Shown here: one piece after another, positions 27,301 to 29,562 of the stretch
How positions within the stretch are numbered: position 1 is the first letter of the stretch
Layout: each line of letters begins with the position of its first letter
NCBI GenBank assembly: GCA_046759445.1
Contig: JBHICG010000042.1
Location: 1 to 29,562, forward strand
Source: Candidatus Scalinduaceae bacterium
Lineage (GTDB): Bacteria > Planctomycetota > Brocadiia > Brocadiales > Scalinduaceae
Length of the DNA stretch: 29,562 nucleotides
Direction of reading: 5' to 3'
The notes under the pieces: generated by a model
The model's database searches: none
Told to the model about the DNA's origin: nothing
Seen by the model: the letters and a program-made list of their open reading frames with translations, nothing else
Translations under genes and position numbers: made by a program

Positions 27301-27993
27301 ATGAAAAAAGATAGCATTTCTGACTACGAGTTATTAGCTTTAATACATAAGAACATAGATGTAAGAAGATTAAAAAAACAGAATGAGACAATAACAAAGA
27401 CGAGAATAGACAAACTTTTTCAAAACCTTAGAACCCATGTAAAAAAAAGTAGGTTATCCATCTCAACGGGGTCAGAAGAAAAAGATGTTTCTAGTAATAA
27501 GCAGTTTGATATTCTCATAATAAATATTGACGGTGCTTCAAGGGGAAATCCCGGTAAAGCAGGTATTGGAGTTGCCATATTTGATAAAGATTCAAAATTG
27601 GTAAAAGAATGTAGTGAATATATTGGTATAGCAACTAACAATGTGGCAGAGTATAAAGCACTGATATTAGGTGTCAAAGAGGTCATTAAGTGTAGCGCTC
27701 AAGAAATATTATTTAAAACAGACAGCGAGCTTTTGGCCAGGCAAATTATGGGTGAATATAAAGTTAAAAACACACAGCTTATGCATCTTTTTACTGAAGT
27801 GCAGGGGCTCTTGAAAAAGTTGCCAAAGTGGAAGATAAAGCACATCCCAAGAGGGGAAAATAAAAAAGCGGATATGTTAGCAAACAAAGGAATTGAAAAG
27901 TCTAATAAAAACAAGTTGACAAATCCCCCTAAATCCCCATATCCCCCTTTAGAAAAGGGGGAAAGAGGGGAATTTGAAGGGGAATTTATTTAA
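27301..27993 (+). CDS. rnhA: Ribonuclease HI family protein with N-terminal extension and repeat-derived C-terminal tail
   Basis: IDGASRGNPG, TNNVAEY, TDSEL and ENKKADMLAN supply the DEDD catalytic set; likely start ATG 27301. Confidence 0.85.
   Translation: MKKDSISDYELLALIHKNIDVRRLKKQNETITKTRIDKLFQNLRTHVKKSRLSISTGSEEKDVSSNKQFDILIINIDGASRGNPGKAGIGVAIFDKDSKLVKECSEYIGIATNNVAEYKALILGVKEVIKCSAQEILFKTDSELLARQIMGEYKVKNTQLMHLFTEVQGLLKKLPKWKIKHIPRGENKKADMLANKGIEKSNKNKLTNPPKSPYPPLEKGERGEFEGEFI
27921..27987. repeat. Nested C-run/G-run palindromic repeat inside the rnhA 3' end
   Basis: Core TCCCCCTTT-AGA-AAAGGGGGA (27942-27962), flanked by two AAATCCCC units that pair imperfectly with two GGGGAATTT units. 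Confidence 0.8.
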
Positions 27994-28046
27994 TTCGTCT
28001 ACTATAGTCACATTAGCATAGCTGGTAGTTTACCAAATTAAGTAAA

Positions 28047-29375
28047 ATGTTAAAGAAACTCCTGAAGATTAAATTACGGGTATTTTTCACTCCCTTTGCG
28101 TGTTTTCTCTTTTTGTGTAATTGTCTTTTTGCAGAATATAATGCTCACAAAATCGGGGACAAAAAAGAATTCTGGACATGGAATCTTAATGTAATGCCCC
28201 CGGAAAATGCCAAGCTACAAGCAACGTGCCGCGGTGTTGGAGAAAATGTATACGTTTTCGTCTCTGACGATGTATGGATGGTTAATGTCTTTCAAAAGGA
28301 TGTAGAAAGGATAATACAAACATTTGATCACGCTACTCCTGAAATATCAATAGATGGCGATAAAGGGATTTATGAAATTCTTACCGAGACATTTGGTAAG
28401 CCACCGGATGTAGATAATGACCCTAGAATATACTTCTTGATTTCTCAATTAGGTATGTATCATGGTCATCACTTTGACGGTTTCTTTCGCTTTATTGATG
28501 AGATTAAAGGCAAATATAGTAATCGTGCAGAAATATTGTACCTGGATTGTGACAACCCTTCTGATGACTATCATCTTGGAATCATCGCACACGAGTTCCA
28601 ACACCTGATCCACTGGCAATATGATCGTAATGAGGCATCATGGGTTAACGAGTCATTGTCAGAAGTTGCGATGATTCTTTGCGGATATTACACAGACAAG
28701 AAACAAGTTACCAGATATTTAAACAATACAGATAGTCCTTTAATATCGAAGGCTCATATGTCGAATTATGGGGCATGTCTTCTGTGGGGTACATATATAT
28801 ATGAACGTTTTGGAAGGACGTTTCTTAAAAATTTGGTGCTTGAAGAAGCTGATGGTATAGAGGGATTTAAAAGAGTTCTAACCAGTATGAATATTAAAGA
28901 TGATTTTTCAAAAATTTTTGGAGATTGGTTAGTTACGAACTATATAAACACTAACCTGCTTAGAAGTAAAGATTATAAATACAAATCTATAACACTTCCT
29001 ACTTTTCCTACTATTAAACACTTTTTCTCATTGCCGGCACATGATACCGGAAAAGTTTCTGGATATGCAGTAAATTATTTGAAGTTTAGTATAGAACGAG
29101 CAAGGAGTAAGAAACTAAGAATAACCTTTAGAAGTGATTCACCTAACGATTTTCTTATAAAGATCATTAAGATAGACAATGATGATTTGTCCAATTCTAA
29201 GGTAGAAGATGTTGTACTAAGTGCACCAATAGAGGTTTTTGATGTGACTGATGTGGGAGTGAATTATAGAGAAATAATATTGGTAGTATCAATATTGAAG
29301 ACGACAAAAGAACCTGTTTCATATAGTCTTTCGGCGTCTTTAATTCCATGTGTAGAAACAGCCTTGAGTCAATGA
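28047..29375 (+). CDS. Exported zinc metallopeptidase (gluzincin-type; M30/M6-like)
   Basis: Signal-peptide-like N-terminus; FGKPPDVDNDPRI, IAHEFQHLIH (HExxH) and downstream WVNESLSE with a third-ligand Glu. Confidence 0.8.
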   Translation: MLKKLLKIKLRVFFTPFACFLFLCNCLFAEYNAHKIGDKKEFWTWNLNVMPPENAKLQATCRGVGENVYVFVSDDVWMVNVFQKDVERIIQTFDHATPEISIDGDKGIYEILTETFGKPPDVDNDPRIYFLISQLGMYHGHHFDGFFRFIDEIKGKYSNRAEILYLDCDNPSDDYHLGIIAHEFQHLIHWQYDRNEASWVNESLSEVAMILCGYYTDKKQVTRYLNNTDSPLISKAHMSNYGACLLWGTYIYERFGRTFLKNLVLEEADGIEGFKRVLTSMNIKDDFSKIFGDWLVTNYINTNLLRSKDYKYKSITLPTFPTIKHFFSLPAHDTGKVSGYAVNYLKFSIERARSKKLRITFRSDSPNDFLIKIIKIDNDDLSNSKVEDVVLSAPIEVFDVTDVGVNYREIILVVSILKTTKEPVSYSLSASLIPCVETALSQ

Positions 29376-29397
29376 TGAGATATTAAAAAGATTGTGG

Positions 29398-29456
29398 CAA
29401 GATGTAACACCTTTCCCGCCTATCCTTTCATATTGTATTCTCCAAGGCTGTGCCAT
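29398..29456 (-). pseudogene. Probable relic of a REP-associated tyrosine transposase (Y1/RAYT): N-terminal stub plus terminal-like motif
   Basis: Minus strand from ATG 29456 reads MAQPWRIQYE, resembling the MARPxRIxYxGAxYHV start of these transposases, then diverges; CAAGATGTAACACC lies at 29398-29411. Confidence 0.4.
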
Positions 29457-29562
29457 AATCCACATTGTTAATCAAATATTGTAGCATGCCAAGTATATTC
29501 TGCTTTCAAGGTCTGATAATATGAGAGATGATTCCTCACAAGAACTGTTAAAATAAGGATGA

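Overview
AT-rich bacterial chromosomal window of mostly housekeeping genes. Gene content, gene order and repeat style suggest an anaerobic diderm, probably an anammox planctomycete (Ca. Brocadiales/Scalindua-like); this is inferred, not proven. Left arm: 3' end of an FG-GAP-repeat protein (+), pyruvoyl arginine decarboxylase, thiamine-binding-family protein, tRNA-Leu(GAG) (+), and a minus-strand run kdsD-kdsC-(LptC/multi-OstA fusion)-(GDPD-like+HEAT protein)-cobA/hemD. Middle (+): M50 protease-scpA-Trm112, yidC-mnmE, nrdR-nrdD-nrdG with tandem NrdR boxes, a 57-aa histone-H1-like gene missing from the ORF track, and smc. Right arm: SYLF protein, membrane protein, def-fmt-DUF116 (-), rpsT, HDAC-family deacetylase, RNase HI, an exported HExxH metallopeptidase and a probable transposase relic. 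Most notable: (1) the H1-like mini-gene is enclosed by a 25-bp long-range inverted repeat with G-U pairs, running from the nrdG stop codon to a terminator just before smc; (2) NrdD has a degenerate glycyl-radical loop (RRRGS instead of RxxGY) although its other catalytic motifs and NrdG look intact; (3) the GDPD domain has a swapped catalytic motif (ARHG for AHRG) and is fused to HEAT repeats; (4) a single-chain LptC plus about three LptA-like domains.
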